Source: a virus
Taxonomy: Duplodnaviria; Heunggongvirae; Uroviricota; Caudoviricetes
Virus record (IMG/VR): IMGVR_UViG_2896028454_000001
Coordinates: 3,450 to 67,449 of that record
Length of the DNA stretch: 64,000 bases
Strand: one strand, 5' to 3'
The notes under the pieces are model-generated. The model ran no database searches. It was not told the DNA's origin and saw only the letters and a program-made list of their open reading frames with translations. Positions 36,824 through 45,732 of this stretch are shown piece by piece. The translations under genes and the position numbers were made by a program. The first letter of the stretch is position 1; each line of letters begins with the position of its first letter.

Positions 36824-37225
36824 ATGAACCCCAACCCCTGGGCCGCCAGCGACCGCCACGCCGAAACCGAGGCCGACCGCCTCACCTGGCTCTGGGGAGT
36901 CCTGTACTACGACATCCAAGACATGCTGGTGTGCCTCCCCAGCCCGGTGCGTATTCCTGCGCTCCCTCCTGGCGTAGGGCACGTCGCCGCCGACACCCTC
37001 ACCGCCGTCCGCGACGACCTGTACGACCAGAACATCCCCAACGACATCCGACAGCTCGCCGACACGGCCCTCACCGACGCCGTGCTCGCCCTCAAAGCCA
37101 CCGGGGCCGAACGCCGCCACCTCACCGAGGAAGCACAGGCCCGCACCCGCGCGGTGGTCGCCTACCTCGGCGTTGGGCCCGAAGACTTCGGAGTCCCTGA
37201 CACCCTGGAGGAAATGACGACCTGA
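36824..37225 (+). CDS. Hypothetical protein (cassette gene 2)
   Basis: ATG after the hairpin and RBS. Confidence 0.5.
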   Translation: MNPNPWAASDRHAETEADRLTWLWGVLYYDIQDMLVCLPSPVRIPALPPGVGHVAADTLTAVRDDLYDQNIPNDIRQLADTALTDAVLALKATGAERRHLTEEAQARTRAVVAYLGVGPEDFGVPDTLEEMTT

Positions 37226-37242
37226 CCAGGCCAAACACGAAA

Positions 37243-37276
37243 AACGCCCGCCCCCGGAACCCCGGTGGCGGGCGTT
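37243..37276 (+). terminator. Terminator hairpin AACGCCCGCC-N14-GGCGGGCGTT, flanked by an A-tract
   Basis: 10-bp stem, preceded by AAAAA. Confidence 0.45.
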
Positions 37277-37400
37277 GAAGCAGAAACGGGGCGGCCTCTA
37301 CGGCGTCTAGCGCCGAAGACCAGGCCGAAGCCCGGAAATGGGAAGTCCGGCCGCCCCTCCCACCAGTTAGCAAAGGCCACTAGCGCCCCTACACCCTGGA

Positions 37401-37967
37401 ATGGAAGCCATGATACAGCAGCCGTTGACTCTCATCGACTACGCTCGCACCCGCCAGCTCGACCCCGCGAAACTCCTGGCCGAGTTCACCGACAACCCCG
37501 ACGCCCTCCCCGAACCCCAGGGTGAGCAGGCCGGGCAACCCACCTACGACCCCGACCAGCTCGACCGGGCGCGCGGCGTCACCACCCTCGCCGGGTTCGC
37601 GACCCTCCGAGGATGGGACCTGGACGACGTCCGCCGGTGGGACAAGCGGCAACCCGACCTGTGGCCGGAGTCGGTGGGGAGCGTGTACACCGGGCAGGCC
37701 GGGAAGCCGTGGAAGCTGTACCCGCTCGGTGCCCTGGACGTGGTGGCCGCGGCCGAGTCGGTGCGGCGCGGCCGGGAGCCCAAGCCTGAGGGGTTGGTGA
37801 CCATGGACGAGTTCGCGGACAAGATGGGAGTGTCCCGGGCGATGGTGAAGAACAAGTGGCGGGTCCAGCACCGGGACATCTGGCCGGAGCCCGCGGGGAA
37901 GCGGGGGCGCCAGCACCTGTATGAGGAGGAGGGGTTGATGCGGGTGTTCCGGGCCGCGCGGGGGTGA
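37401..37967 (+). CDS. Hypothetical protein, possible HTH (188 aa)
   Basis: DEFADKMGVSRAMVKNKW helix-turn-helix-like. Confidence 0.45.
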   Translation: MEAMIQQPLTLIDYARTRQLDPAKLLAEFTDNPDALPEPQGEQAGQPTYDPDQLDRARGVTTLAGFATLRGWDLDDVRRWDKRQPDLWPESVGSVYTGQAGKPWKLYPLGALDVVAAAESVRRGREPKPEGLVTMDEFADKMGVSRAMVKNKWRVQHRDIWPEPAGKRGRQHLYEEEGLMRVFRAARG

Positions 37968-38043
37968 CCTGGGGGTTGGTTGTTGGAGTGTGTGGGTTGG
38001 GGCCGGCGCGGTGGGCGTCGGCCCTTTTTGTTGGGTGGTCGAC

Positions 38044-38073
38044 TTGCACTCTGGTTAGACTTCGTGCAATAAT
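38044..38073 (+). promoter_or_regulatory. Cassette promoter copy 3 (TTGCAC ... AATAAT)
   Basis: GACTTGCACtctGGTTAGACTTCGTGCAATAAT. Confidence 0.5.
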
Positions 38074-38084
38074 GGTCATGTCAG

Positions 38085-38106
38085 GGCGGGGAAGGGAAGC
38101 CCCGCC
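38085..38106 (+). promoter_or_regulatory. 5' stem-loop (GGCGGGG-AAGGGAAG-CCCCGCC)
   Basis: Same family. Confidence 0.5.
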
Positions 38107-38130
38107 GACGCCCACCAGAAAGGCCACACC

Positions 38131-38436
38131 ATGACCATCACCCCGCACACCCCCGACACCAACCGCCTCACCGTCGAGACCAACCTGACCACCACCGTCG
38201 CCACCGCCCTCGACATCCCCACCACCAGCGTCCAGGCCGCCTACTTCGCCGCCGCGGGCCGCGCCATCATCACCATCCCCGTCACCACCAGTTCGCAGGT
38301 GGAGCGCGTCAGCAGCAAGGCCAGTCAGGCGCTGACCGAGACCGGGTTCGGCGCCCACTTCTTCAACAACGACGACCAGGGCGGCGCGCTGGGCCGCACC
38401 GACTACCGGGCGCAGATCGTCGTCAACGTCCGCTGA
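38131..38436 (+). CDS. Hypothetical protein (cassette gene)
   Basis: ATG after CCACCAGAAAGGCCACACC. Confidence 0.5.
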   Translation: MTITPHTPDTNRLTVETNLTTTVATALDIPTTSVQAAYFAAAGRAIITIPVTTSSQVERVSSKASQALTETGFGAHFFNNDDQGGALGRTDYRAQIVVNVR

Positions 38437-38450
38437 TCCACCACCCACCA

Positions 38451-38480
38451 GGGGGTGCGGGAAGGGAAGCCCGCACCCCC
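38451..38480 (+). promoter_or_regulatory. Stem-loop (GGGGGTGCGGG-AAGGGAAG-CCCGCACCCCC) without the promoter element
   Basis: Intra-operon copy. Confidence 0.5.
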
Positions 38481-38502
38481 GACCCCCAGAAAGGCTCTCA
38501 CC

Positions 38503-38892
38503 ATGACCACCCGCACTGTTGAGAACGAGTTCGGCATGAAGATCACCCCCGACACGTCCCTGTCCACCCTGGTCCTGATGGCCCGTCTCATGGCGGAGAT
38601 GGCGGCCGAGGTGATCATCGACAAGGTCGGCACCCCCTACCGGTTCCCCGCTGCGGATCAGGTGTCCTACGGCCAGCACGTGCACATCATGGCCGACACC
38701 GAGCGCTACCTTCGCCGCCGGGCCGGGAACCGGTCCTACACGGACACGTTCGTGTGGAACGCGATACAGGCCGCGAAGGTGGCGCGTGACTACGCGGAGC
38801 GGGCGGGCAGGTCCGGGAACGCGAAGGACCGTGCGCGGGTGTGGCGGGCGTACCTGGACGCGGCGCGGTGGTCGCGTTTGGCCCGGATGTAG
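38503..38892 (+). CDS. Hypothetical protein (cassette gene)
   Basis: ATG after CCCAGAAAGGCTCTCACC. Confidence 0.5.
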   Translation: MTTRTVENEFGMKITPDTSLSTLVLMARLMAEMAAEVIIDKVGTPYRFPAADQVSYGQHVHIMADTERYLRRRAGNRSYTDTFVWNAIQAAKVARDYAERAGRSGNAKDRARVWRAYLDAARWSRLARM

Positions 38893-38902
38893 GGGGGTGG
38901 GG

Positions 38903-38924
38903 GAGGGGTGGAAAATTCCCCTCC
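38903..38924 (+). terminator. Terminator-like hairpin GGAGGGG-TGGAAAATT-CCCCTCC followed by a T-rich tail
   Basis: Directly upstream of a cassette promoter. The same arrangement is seen at about 41723 and 45667. Confidence 0.4.
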
Positions 38925-38932
38925 CTTTCCGC

Positions 38933-38962
38933 TTGCACTCTGGTTAGAGTTCGTGCAATAAT
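38933..38962 (+). promoter_or_regulatory. Cassette promoter copy 4
   Basis: TTGCACtctGGTTAGAGTTCGTGCAATAAT. Confidence 0.5.
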
Positions 38963-38975
38963 AGAGACATCGCAA

Positions 38976-38993
38976 GGGGGAAGGGAAGCCCCC
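38976..38993 (+). promoter_or_regulatory. 5' stem-loop (GGGGG-AAGGGAAG-CCCCC)
   Basis: Same family. Confidence 0.5.
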
Positions 38994-39015
38994 GAACGGA
39001 CCACCAGGAGGAAAC

Positions 39016-39204
39016 ATGACCGGCATCGAGCGCCCCACCACCCTCGACGGCACCGAGTACGACTTCTTCTCCCCCGCCTCCCGCCGCTACATGTCCAAGA
39101 AGGCCGGTGTCGCTTCCGGGGTCAAGCGCAAGGCCCGCCGCCGCGACCGCCACAACCGCAAGGCCGCCGCCCGCGCCTACCGCCTCGGACGCGCCGACTG
39201 GTAA
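39016..39204 (+). CDS. Small basic protein (62 aa)
   Basis: ATG after CCACCAGGAGGAAAC. KRKARRRDRHNRKAAARAYR basic tail. Confidence 0.45.
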   Translation: MTGIERPTTLDGTEYDFFSPASRRYMSKKAGVASGVKRKARRRDRHNRKAAARAYRLGRADW

Positions 39205-39281
39205 CCCGCCCGGCCGCCCCCACCCCGCCCGGGGGCGGCCACCCTCCCCCCACCCACCAGCACCACCAGGAAGGCCCCACG

Positions 39282-39629
39282 ATGACCACCACCGGTCTGA
39301 TCACCCACACCGCCGACAGCATCCGCCGCTCCTACGCATGGGAGCTCATGGAAGAAGCCCGCCGCCAGCACAACGCCGCCCTCCGCGACCTGAACTACGC
39401 CCGCGCCCAGTACCGCACCCACGGCGGCGCGGAGAACGCCGCCGCCGTCCGCGAAGCCGACCGCCGATACCTGCTCACCCTCCGCGCCACCAACCACCAC
39501 GACGGCGAAGTTGCGTCCCTGTGCATGCGTGACGGGCTCGACCCCGACGCCGTGATCCCCGAGGTGGACGACAACTGCCCCACCTGCCACACCGAGGTTC
39601 ACGCCACCGGGTGCGCCTGCACTGACTGA
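39282..39629 (+). CDS. Hypothetical protein with C-terminal CPTCH...CAC zinc motif
   Basis: ATG after CCACCAGGAAGGCCCCACG. Preceded by a different hairpin (GCCGCCCCC...GGGGGCGGC). Confidence 0.5.
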   Translation: MTTTGLITHTADSIRRSYAWELMEEARRQHNAALRDLNYARAQYRTHGGAENAAAVREADRRYLLTLRATNHHDGEVASLCMRDGLDPDAVIPEVDDNCPTCHTEVHATGCACTD

Positions 39630-39643
39630 CCATCGCACGCCCC

Positions 39644-39669
39644 GGGGGCGGGAAGGGAAGCCCGCCCCC
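39644..39669 (+). promoter_or_regulatory. Stem-loop (GGGGGCGGG-AAGGGAAG-CCCGCCCCC)
   Basis: Same family. Confidence 0.5.
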
Positions 39670-39691
39670 ACCCACCAGAAAGACCACCACG

Positions 39692-40180
39692 ATGCCCAAC
39701 ACCCCCGCCGCCCGCGCCGAGTACCTGCGCCCCGAGTACGTCGGCCGCGACGGCGAACTGATCAGCTTCACTGACGCCGCCCGCCGCGCCGGGATCACCA
39801 GCGGTGCCCTTGCCAACTGGCGTCGCCGCCACGACGACTTTCCGAAGGTCGCGAAGCTCGTCCACTTCGGACCCAACCGCGCCCAGAAGTTCATCCCGAC
39901 CGCCGAGTTCGACGCGTTCACGGCCCGCCAGCAGCAGGGACGCCCCCGCCAGTACACCGGCCGCCGCCGCTCTTCCGCTGAGGTGGCTTCCGAGGAGCTG
40001 CGCTATTACACGGCCCGTGTAGAGGCTTTGGAAACCCGCGAGTCCGTCCTTGCCGCGAAGTTGGCCGAGACCGGCAACGCCACCGACGCGGCGAAGCTGG
40101 CCAAGACCCGTGAAGCCTTGGAGAAGGCGCGCGCCCGCGAGGTTGAGGCGGTTGACCGGCTCGCCTCCCTGATCTTCTAA
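39692..40180 (+). CDS. Putative HTH DNA-binding protein (162 aa)
   Basis: ISFTDAARRAGITSGALANWRRRHDDFPK helix-turn-helix-like. C-terminal coiled coil. Confidence 0.45.
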   Translation: MPNTPAARAEYLRPEYVGRDGELISFTDAARRAGITSGALANWRRRHDDFPKVAKLVHFGPNRAQKFIPTAEFDAFTARQQQGRPRQYTGRRRSSAEVASEELRYYTARVEALETRESVLAAKLAETGNATDAAKLAKTREALEKARAREVEAVDRLASLIF

Positions 40181-40192
40181 CCCGCCCCACCA

Positions 40193-40220
40193 GGGGGCGC
40201 GGAAGGGAAACCGCGCCCCC
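40193..40220 (+). promoter_or_regulatory. Stem-loop (GGGGGCGCGG-AAGGGAAA-CCGCGCCCCC)
   Basis: Same family, one loop substitution. Confidence 0.45.
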
Positions 40221-40244
40221 ACCCACCACCAGAACGGGAACCCG

Positions 40245-40592
40245 ATGCCGAAGCACCGCTACGACGAGACCTCAGTCCGCAACGCACTCGCCGTCGTCGT
40301 TGCCGACCACCCCGCAGACCACTTCGACCACAGGTCCACCGCGCCCGTAGCCGGGTGCCGATACATGAGCGCAGGCAAGCCCCAATGCGTCGTTGCGCAC
40401 GTCATGGTGCGCTTGGGAGTTAATCCCCGGACCGTGGCCCAGCTCGACAAGGAAGCCGATGGCGGGACGCCTGTCCGGCTGGTCGACTCCCGACACCCCA
40501 TCCTCAAGAGGTTCAGCCCTGAAGCTCTTGCGCTACTCGCAAGCTGGCAGTGGGCGCAGGACCGGGGTTACGGCTGGGACGAACTGACCTAA
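40245..40592 (+). CDS. Hypothetical protein (115 aa)
   Basis: ATG after CCACCAGAACGGGAACCCG. Confidence 0.5.
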   Translation: MPKHRYDETSVRNALAVVVADHPADHFDHRSTAPVAGCRYMSAGKPQCVVAHVMVRLGVNPRTVAQLDKEADGGTPVRLVDSRHPILKRFSPEALALLASWQWAQDRGYGWDELT

Positions 40593-40614
40593 CCACCAAC
40601 CGAACGGCAGTACA

Positions 40615-40640
40615 GGGGCGCGGAAGGGAAGCCGCGCCCC
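40615..40640 (+). promoter_or_regulatory. Stem-loop (GGGGCGCGG-AAGGGAAG-CCGCGCCCC)
   Basis: Same family. Confidence 0.5.
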
Positions 40641-40670
40641 GACCACCACCCATCAGGAAGGCACCACCCC

Positions 40671-41387
40671 ATGGACACCCACAACACCACCATCACCCGC
40701 GACAACACCGTGGACGCCTACAACGAACTCGACTACGCCGAGACGAACCTTGCGATCGCAACCGAGCTGCTGGCCGCACCGAACCCGTTCGAGGAACGCG
40801 ACCAGGCCGACGACATCCGGGCATGGTTCGAGGCCCGCGACGCGCACCGGGCCGCCCTGGTCGAGGTGGCCGTCTGCACGAACCTGTTCGGTGAGGAGTG
40901 CTCGGACGCCGGGTTGGACCTGGCCGAGGAGGTTGCGGAGTTCACCGACCGGGAGCTGATCGACTGTGCCCCCGAGGTGCCGGATGTGCCGGAGTTCTGG
41001 CCGCCGCGTGAGGGGGATGTGTGGATGACCAGTCAGGGGCGGACGTGGGTGGTGGACGGCGCGGACATGGTGGCGGAGGACACGGGGGAGGGGGCGGCGC
41101 GGAGGTGGGTTGCGTGGTTCCAGGGTGACGGGCCGGTGTTGCTGTGGCGTGGGGGTGGGTGCTTCCTGTGGGTGCCGGTGTTGCGGGAGCGGTTCCCGGT
41201 GGGTGCGCGGGTGACGGGCCCTGTGGGGCAGCAGGGGACGGTTGCGGAGCCTCCGGCGGAGGAGGCTGGGTCGGGTGTGGTGGGCCCGTGGTGGCCGTCT
41301 GGCGGGGTGCTGGAGGGGTCGCATGTGTGGGTGGTGGTGGACGGTGAGGAGTCGGGGGTGTGGGCTCCGGTGTCGCATCTGGGGTAG
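40671..41387 (+). CDS. Hypothetical protein (238 aa)
   Basis: ATG after CATCAGGAAGGCACCACCCC. Confidence 0.5.
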   Translation: MDTHNTTITRDNTVDAYNELDYAETNLAIATELLAAPNPFEERDQADDIRAWFEARDAHRAALVEVAVCTNLFGEECSDAGLDLAEEVAEFTDRELIDCAPEVPDVPEFWPPREGDVWMTSQGRTWVVDGADMVAEDTGEGAARRWVAWFQGDGPVLLWRGGGCFLWVPVLRERFPVGARVTGPVGQQGTVAEPPAEEAGSGVVGPWWPSGGVLEGSHVWVVVDGEESGVWAPVSHLG

Positions 41388-41439
41388 ACGGGTGCGCCGG
41401 GCCTGGTGGGAACAGAGTCCGTTTTAGTCCTGGTTTGGG

Positions 41440-41469
41440 CTTGCCGACCGGTTAGAGTTCGTGTAATAT
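41440..41469 (+). promoter_or_regulatory. Cassette promoter copy 5
   Basis: TTGCCGaccGGTTAGAGTTCGTGTAATATT. Confidence 0.45.
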
Positions 41470-41472
41470 TAT

Positions 41473-41506
41473 GGGTGTTGGGAGGGAAGGGAAGCCCGAC
41501 CAACAC
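41473..41506 (+). promoter_or_regulatory. Stem-loop with duplicated loop motif (AGGGAAGGGAAG)
   Basis: GGTGTTGG...CCAACACC stem. Confidence 0.45.
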
Positions 41507-41537
41507 CCACCACGAACCCTGACCGAAAGGACCCCAC

Positions 41538-41714
41538 ATGGCCGCCACCCGCACCGCCACCCCGACCGCCGCCCCCGTCATCGTGGCCGAGGTCGACGAC
41601 TTCTGCCCCGAGTGCGAGGAAGCGCAGGCGGAGGGTTACAGCGGGTGCGGTGAGTGCGGCGCCCCCGACGAGCGGTGGGAGGTGACCACCCCCTCCGAGG
41701 TGTGGGAGGTGTAA
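41538..41714 (+). CDS. Small zinc-ribbon protein (58 aa; not in the ORF track)
   Basis: Hand-translated MAATRTATPTAAPVIVAEVDDFCPECEEAQAEGYSGCGECGAPDERWEV. Confidence 0.4.
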   Translation: MAATRTATPTAAPVIVAEVDDFCPECEEAQAEGYSGCGECGAPDERWEVTTPSEVWEV

Positions 41715-41722
41715 CCCCGCCC

Positions 41723-41745
41723 GCCGGGGGGTGAAATTCCCCCCG
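41723..41745 (+). terminator. Terminator-like hairpin CCGGGGGG-TGAAATT-CCCCCCGG
   Basis: 8-bp stem after the stop of the zinc-ribbon gene. Confidence 0.4.
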
Positions 41746-41753
41746 GCTTCGAC

Positions 41754-41783
41754 TTGCAAAGCGGTTAGAGTTCGTGCAATAAT
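41754..41783 (+). promoter_or_regulatory. Cassette promoter copy 6
   Basis: TTGCAAagcGGTTAGAGTTCGTGCAATAAT. Confidence 0.5.
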
Positions 41784-41792
41784 AAGGACATC

Positions 41793-41812
41793 GGCGGGAA
41801 GGGAAGCCCGCC
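41793..41812 (+). promoter_or_regulatory. Stem-loop (GGCGGG-AAGGGAAG-CCCGCC)
   Basis: Same family. Confidence 0.5.
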
Positions 41813-41832
41813 CCAACCACCAGGAGAACCAC

Positions 41833-41940
41833 ATGGCCACCACCGACCAGCTCAACGACTACGACGACGACCAGGCGTATGGCCCCGAGTGGGAGTGTGA
41901 CGACTTCTGCGACGCCAACCCCACCTGGTGCATTCACTAG
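41833..41940 (+). CDS. Tiny acidic Cys-containing protein (35 aa)
   Basis: MATTDQLNDYDDDQAYGPEWECDDFCDANPTWCIH. Confidence 0.35.
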   Translation: MATTDQLNDYDDDQAYGPEWECDDFCDANPTWCIH

Positions 41941-42001
41941 CGCCCCCGGGGGCCGGAACCCACCGGCCCCCACCCCCACCCCACACGGAAGGCCGACCCC
42001 G

Positions 42002-42199
42002 ATGACCTGGAACCAGCTCCCCGCCGACGCCCGCCACCTGATCGCCCGTGGCCACGACCACATGATGGCCGCCGCCGGACTCGCCCTCCCCGACCGTGAC
42101 CCCGAAGCGGTTGCCGAATGGGACCGCGCCCGCGCCCTGTTCGACCAGGCGTGCGAGGTGTTCGGTATCACCCCGGACGAAGCCCTCGACCACCTGTAA
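42002..42199 (+). CDS. Hypothetical protein (65 aa)
   Basis: ATG after ACGGAAGGCCGACCCCG. Preceded by a hairpin with a different loop. Confidence 0.4.
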   Translation: MTWNQLPADARHLIARGHDHMMAAAGLALPDRDPEAVAEWDRARALFDQACEVFGITPDEALDHL

Positions 42200-42227
42200 C
42201 CCCGGGGGCTCCGGCCCCCACCCCCGG

Positions 42228-42246
42228 GCCGGGAGGGAAGCCCGGC
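42228..42246 (+). promoter_or_regulatory. Stem-loop (GCCGGG-AGGGAAG-CCCGGC)
   Basis: Same family. Confidence 0.45.
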
Positions 42247-42273
42247 ACCCCACCACCAGAAAGACACCCCGCC

Positions 42274-42984
42274 ATGGACGACCGCACCGCCGACCGCATC
42301 GACCGATACACCGAGTACGCCGCCAAGGCCCGCGGCCGCGCCCGCGCCGCCTACGCGGCCGGAGACACCCACTCCGGGCGGTTCGCCGGGGGACAACCCA
42401 TCCTCCGCGGCCACCACTCCGAGAAGTCCGCCCGCCGCGCCCGAAACCGGTCCGACGCCGCCATGCGCCGCGCCATCGAAGCCGAGAGGGCCGCGAAGTA
42501 CTGGGAGCACAAGGCCAACGCCGCGCGCCGCCGGGAGGAGCAGAAGCACAACCCCGGGGTGATCCAACGCCGTATCGTCCGCCTGGAGGCCGAGCAGCGC
42601 GAGATCACCCGCCGCCGCGCCGACGCCAAGGGCAACGCCGAGTACGCCGCCCAGCTCGACGCCCGCGCGGACGAAGTCACCGCCCAGCTGGCGGAGAACA
42701 GGGCCGAGCTCGCCGAGTCGGGGACGAAGGTGTGGGGGAAAGCCGACTTCGCCCGGGGCGACTTCGTGTTCTGCGACGGCATGTGGTGGGAGACGAAACG
42801 GGTCAACGCCCGGTCGGTGACGGTCGCCGCGGTGGTCGGGTTCACCCACGCCCGTGCCCGGGTTGGCGGGAAACGGGTGTACCGGCTGGCGGACAACCCT
42901 TACGACTGGACGGACACGATCCCGTACACGAAGGTCACCGGTCGCATGTCGGCCGCTGATATGGCCGCGCGGCTCGCAGGGTAG
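42274..42984 (+). CDS. Hypothetical protein (236 aa), helical basic middle region
   Basis: ATG after CCACCAGAAAGACACCCCGCC. Confidence 0.5.
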   Translation: MDDRTADRIDRYTEYAAKARGRARAAYAAGDTHSGRFAGGQPILRGHHSEKSARRARNRSDAAMRRAIEAERAAKYWEHKANAARRREEQKHNPGVIQRRIVRLEAEQREITRRRADAKGNAEYAAQLDARADEVTAQLAENRAELAESGTKVWGKADFARGDFVFCDGMWWETKRVNARSVTVAAVVGFTHARARVGGKRVYRLADNPYDWTDTIPYTKVTGRMSAADMAARLAG

Positions 42985-43085
42985 GGGCGGCCCCGGCGCA
43001 CCCCGGTTAGGGTTCGGTTTCTTTCTCTGGTCGGGGTGTGTGGGGTCGTCTTCGAGGGTGCGCCATTTTTGCTTGTTGATCCGAC

Positions 43086-43115
43086 TTGCAAACTGGTTAG
43101 ATATCGTGCAATAAT
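43086..43115 (+). promoter_or_regulatory. Cassette promoter copy 7
   Basis: TTGCAAactGGTTAGATATCGTGCAATAAT. Confidence 0.5.
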
Positions 43116-43150
43116 AGGGGTGTTGGTCGGCGGAATCCCGCCCCAACAAC

Positions 43151-43170
43151 CCGGGGAAGGGAAGCCCCGG
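43151..43170 (+). promoter_or_regulatory. Stem-loop (CCGGGG-AAGGGAAG-CCCCGG)
   Basis: Same family. Preceded by a second long imperfect hairpin at 43117-43152. Confidence 0.5.
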
Positions 43171-43198
43171 CCCACCCGCCACCAGAACGGAACCCACC

Positions 43199-44401
43199 AT
43201 GACCCTCACCCACGAAGACGCCCGTCTCCTCACCGGCCTCGAAGTCGCCACCACCCGCGCCACCCTCACCAACGCGCTCACCACCGTGGCCGTCGCCATC
43301 CACACCCGCCCCGCCGTCCCCATCCTCGCCGGGGTCCACCTGACCGGCGACGCGGACGGCACCCTCACCCTGACCGGGTTCGACTACGACACCGCCGTCA
43401 CCGTCACCCTCCCCGGCGTGGCCACCAACCCCGGCCGGGTTGTCCTCTCCCACGCAGAGCTGGCCGGGCTGCTCGCCGCGACCGCGAAGGGCACACCCGC
43501 GAAGAAGGCCGGGGCCGCGCCCGTGGTCTTGGCCCAGAACGGCAACAAGCCGACCTTGACCGTGGACGGGTACACCCTGCCGGTCGCGGACTACCCCGTG
43601 GACGAGTACCCGACCCTGCCCACGGCGCCCGCGCCCACGCTCACCGTCGACGCGGCCACGTTCGCGGCGGAGGTGGCCCGTGTGGTGCCCGCCGCCGGAG
43701 GGGCCGACGACATCCCCCAGTTGGTGAACGTCCAGTTGGAGACGTACACCAGGGGCGCCTTGTGCCTTACCGCCACCGACCGGTACCGGATCGCTCAGGC
43801 CACCATCCCGGGCACCCGCGCCCCCCGCGCCCCCCGCGCCGACCTCGGCCAGGTCGTGCGCGTCAACGCCGCACTGGTCGGCAAGGTCACCAAGCACCTG
43901 AAGGGGGACACCGTCACCGTTGGGGTGCACGGGGACATGGTCATGCTGGCCAGCGGGCCCGTCACGGTGGTCACCCGCACCAGCGAGGATGAGTTCCCGG
44001 CCGTGGAGAAAGCCATCCCCACCACCATCCCCATGTCGGTGACCGTGGATCACAAGGCGGTGGCCGCCGCGATCACCAAGGCGGGCAACATCCTGGCGGC
44101 GAAGGGTGAACGGGGCCTGTCGGTGGGTATCACCGTCAACCCGGGGTCGGTGGCGGTCGCTCCGGACCTGCCCGGTGTCCTCGCCCCGCAGATCACCGCT
44201 GACACGTCCGATGCGGACGGTGAGGTGTCCGTCTACTTCAACCCGAAGTTCCTCGCGGCGGCGGTGGGAGCGTTCAAGAGTGAGGACACGGTGACGTTCC
44301 ACCTGGACACGCCGACCCGCCCGGTCGTGGTGACCGGCGGTGGGCACACCGTCAAGTCCGCGCCCTACCGCCACCTGGTGCAGCCGATCAGGGTCCACTA
44401 G
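43199..44401 (+). CDS. DNA polymerase III beta sliding clamp-like protein
   Basis: N-terminus LTNALTTVAVAIHTRPAVPILAGVHLTGDADGTLTLTGFDYDTAV matches the DnaN N-terminal domain. 400 aa, consistent with three clamp domains. Confidence 0.7.
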   Translation: MTLTHEDARLLTGLEVATTRATLTNALTTVAVAIHTRPAVPILAGVHLTGDADGTLTLTGFDYDTAVTVTLPGVATNPGRVVLSHAELAGLLAATAKGTPAKKAGAAPVVLAQNGNKPTLTVDGYTLPVADYPVDEYPTLPTAPAPTLTVDAATFAAEVARVVPAAGGADDIPQLVNVQLETYTRGALCLTATDRYRIAQATIPGTRAPRAPRADLGQVVRVNAALVGKVTKHLKGDTVTVGVHGDMVMLASGPVTVVTRTSEDEFPAVEKAIPTTIPMSVTVDHKAVAAAITKAGNILAAKGERGLSVGITVNPGSVAVAPDLPGVLAPQITADTSDADGEVSVYFNPKFLAAAVGAFKSEDTVTFHLDTPTRPVVVTGGGHTVKSAPYRHLVQPIRVH

Positions 44402-44479
44402 CCCCCCGAGCGCGCGCGGCCCCGCCCCGCTCGGGGCCGCGCCCCCGCCCCCTCCCCGCACCAGAACAGGACCCCCGTC

Positions 44480-45256
44480 ATGCGCACCCTCACCGAACTC
44501 CCGCCCGTCGTCCACAAGCCCGGGGACACGATCCTCGCCCGGCACTGGTTCCGGTGGGCCCCCGCGACCATCCTCGAAACTGTGGACCGGCCCGCGACGA
44601 ACCTCGCCGGGGAACCGACCGGCGGCCAGTTGCGCGGGTACATCGTCCGGTTCCTGCCCGGTGGTCTGGTGGACTCCCGGCTCACCACCGAGGTCAAGGA
44701 GTTCCCCCGACTCGACCCGGCCCGGTACCCGCTCCGGCAGACGCGCGCTCTGGTCGCCGCGTTCCGCACCTTCCCGGCGGTGTTCCCGACCACCGGCCCC
44801 GAGCGGGTGCACCCGGCGACGTTGCGCGCGTTGGCCCGCCGCGGGTTCGCCGCCCAAGCGCCGGGCGGGGTGTGGGAGGCAACCCGGGCGGGGCGTGACG
44901 CGTTCCTGGCGCTGGTGCCGGTTACGGCGGCGTGGGAGTTGGTGAGGGCGGACCTGCCCGCGGACGGTGACCTGTACGAGGCCGCTGGGCGGTGGGTGGG
45001 GGTGATCGGTGACGCGCAGGCGCGGGTGCGTGAGGTGGCGGCCGAGGCGGGGGAGTTCATCCCGCACCTGGTGACGGTGGCCCGGGTGGAGAACGTGAGC
45101 CGGGGGTGGTCGTCGAACGGGGCGCATGAGCGGTGGATCAGTCGGCCTGTGTGGTGGGTGCGGTGTCATACGTGCGGGCATGTGGTGGCGGTTGACGGTA
45201 CGGCTGGGGCTGCGCGGGCGCGGGGGGAGAGGGCGGCGCATCTGGTGGTGGGGTGA
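44480..45256 (+). CDS. Hypothetical protein (258 aa)
   Basis: ORF. Confidence 0.5.
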   Translation: MRTLTELPPVVHKPGDTILARHWFRWAPATILETVDRPATNLAGEPTGGQLRGYIVRFLPGGLVDSRLTTEVKEFPRLDPARYPLRQTRALVAAFRTFPAVFPTTGPERVHPATLRALARRGFAAQAPGGVWEATRAGRDAFLALVPVTAAWELVRADLPADGDLYEAAGRWVGVIGDAQARVREVAAEAGEFIPHLVTVARVENVSRGWSSNGAHERWISRPVWWVRCHTCGHVVAVDGTAGAARARGERAAHLVVG

Positions 45257-45263
45257 TCCCGAT

Positions 45264-45293
45264 TTGCCAACTGGTTAGAGTTCGTGTAATAAT
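45264..45293 (+). promoter_or_regulatory. Cassette promoter copy 8
   Basis: TTGCCAactGGTTAGAGTTCGTGTAATAAT. Confidence 0.5.
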
Positions 45294-45295
45294 AA

Positions 45296-45333
45296 GGGTG
45301 TTGGGGCGGAAGGGAAGCCGCCCCAACATCACC
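45296..45333 (+). promoter_or_regulatory. Stem-loop (..TTGGGGCGG-AAGGGAAG-CCGCCCCAA..)
   Basis: Same family, extended stem. Confidence 0.5.
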
Positions 45334-45352
45334 CCACCAGAAAGGCCACCCC

Positions 45353-45655
45353 ATGTCCGTCAACTTCAACAACGGCACCGACTGCGTCAACTTCTCCAAC
45401 ACCAACGCGGTCGCCGTCCTGCGGGCCCTCGGCATCGAGCCGTTCGACGAGTGCGGCGACCTGTACGGCCAGATGGGCGGCGCGGAGTTCCGCGAGCGGG
45501 TCATGCTTGCCCTGGCCACCGACGCGCAGGTGGCTTCCCCCGGGTTCGAGGACCGGGGGTGGGCGCACGTGGGCCGGTCGGCGACGTACATGCAGGAGAG
45601 GCTTCCCGAGTTGGCGGAGCTGTCGCGGGGGGCGGGGGAGGTGTGGTGGGGGTGA
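45353..45655 (+). CDS. Hypothetical protein (100 aa)
   Basis: ATG after CCACCAGAAAGGCCACCCC. Confidence 0.5.
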   Translation: MSVNFNNGTDCVNFSNTNAVAVLRALGIEPFDECGDLYGQMGGAEFRERVMLALATDAQVASPGFEDRGWAHVGRSATYMQERLPELAELSRGAGEVWWG

Positions 45656-45666
45656 CCCCGCCCGCC

Positions 45667-45689
45667 GGGGGCGGGAAGTTTTCCGCCCC
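45667..45689 (+). terminator. Terminator-like hairpin GGGGGCGGGAA-GTT-TTCCGCCCC
   Basis: Hairpin after the stop, before a promoter copy. Confidence 0.4.
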
Positions 45690-45693
45690 TGGC

Positions 45694-45723
45694 TTGCAAG
45701 CCGGTTAGAATTCGTGTAATAAT
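45694..45723 (+). promoter_or_regulatory. Cassette promoter copy 9
   Basis: TTGCAAgccGGTTAGAATTCGTGTAATAAT. Confidence 0.5.
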
Positions 45724-45732
45724 AGAGGCATC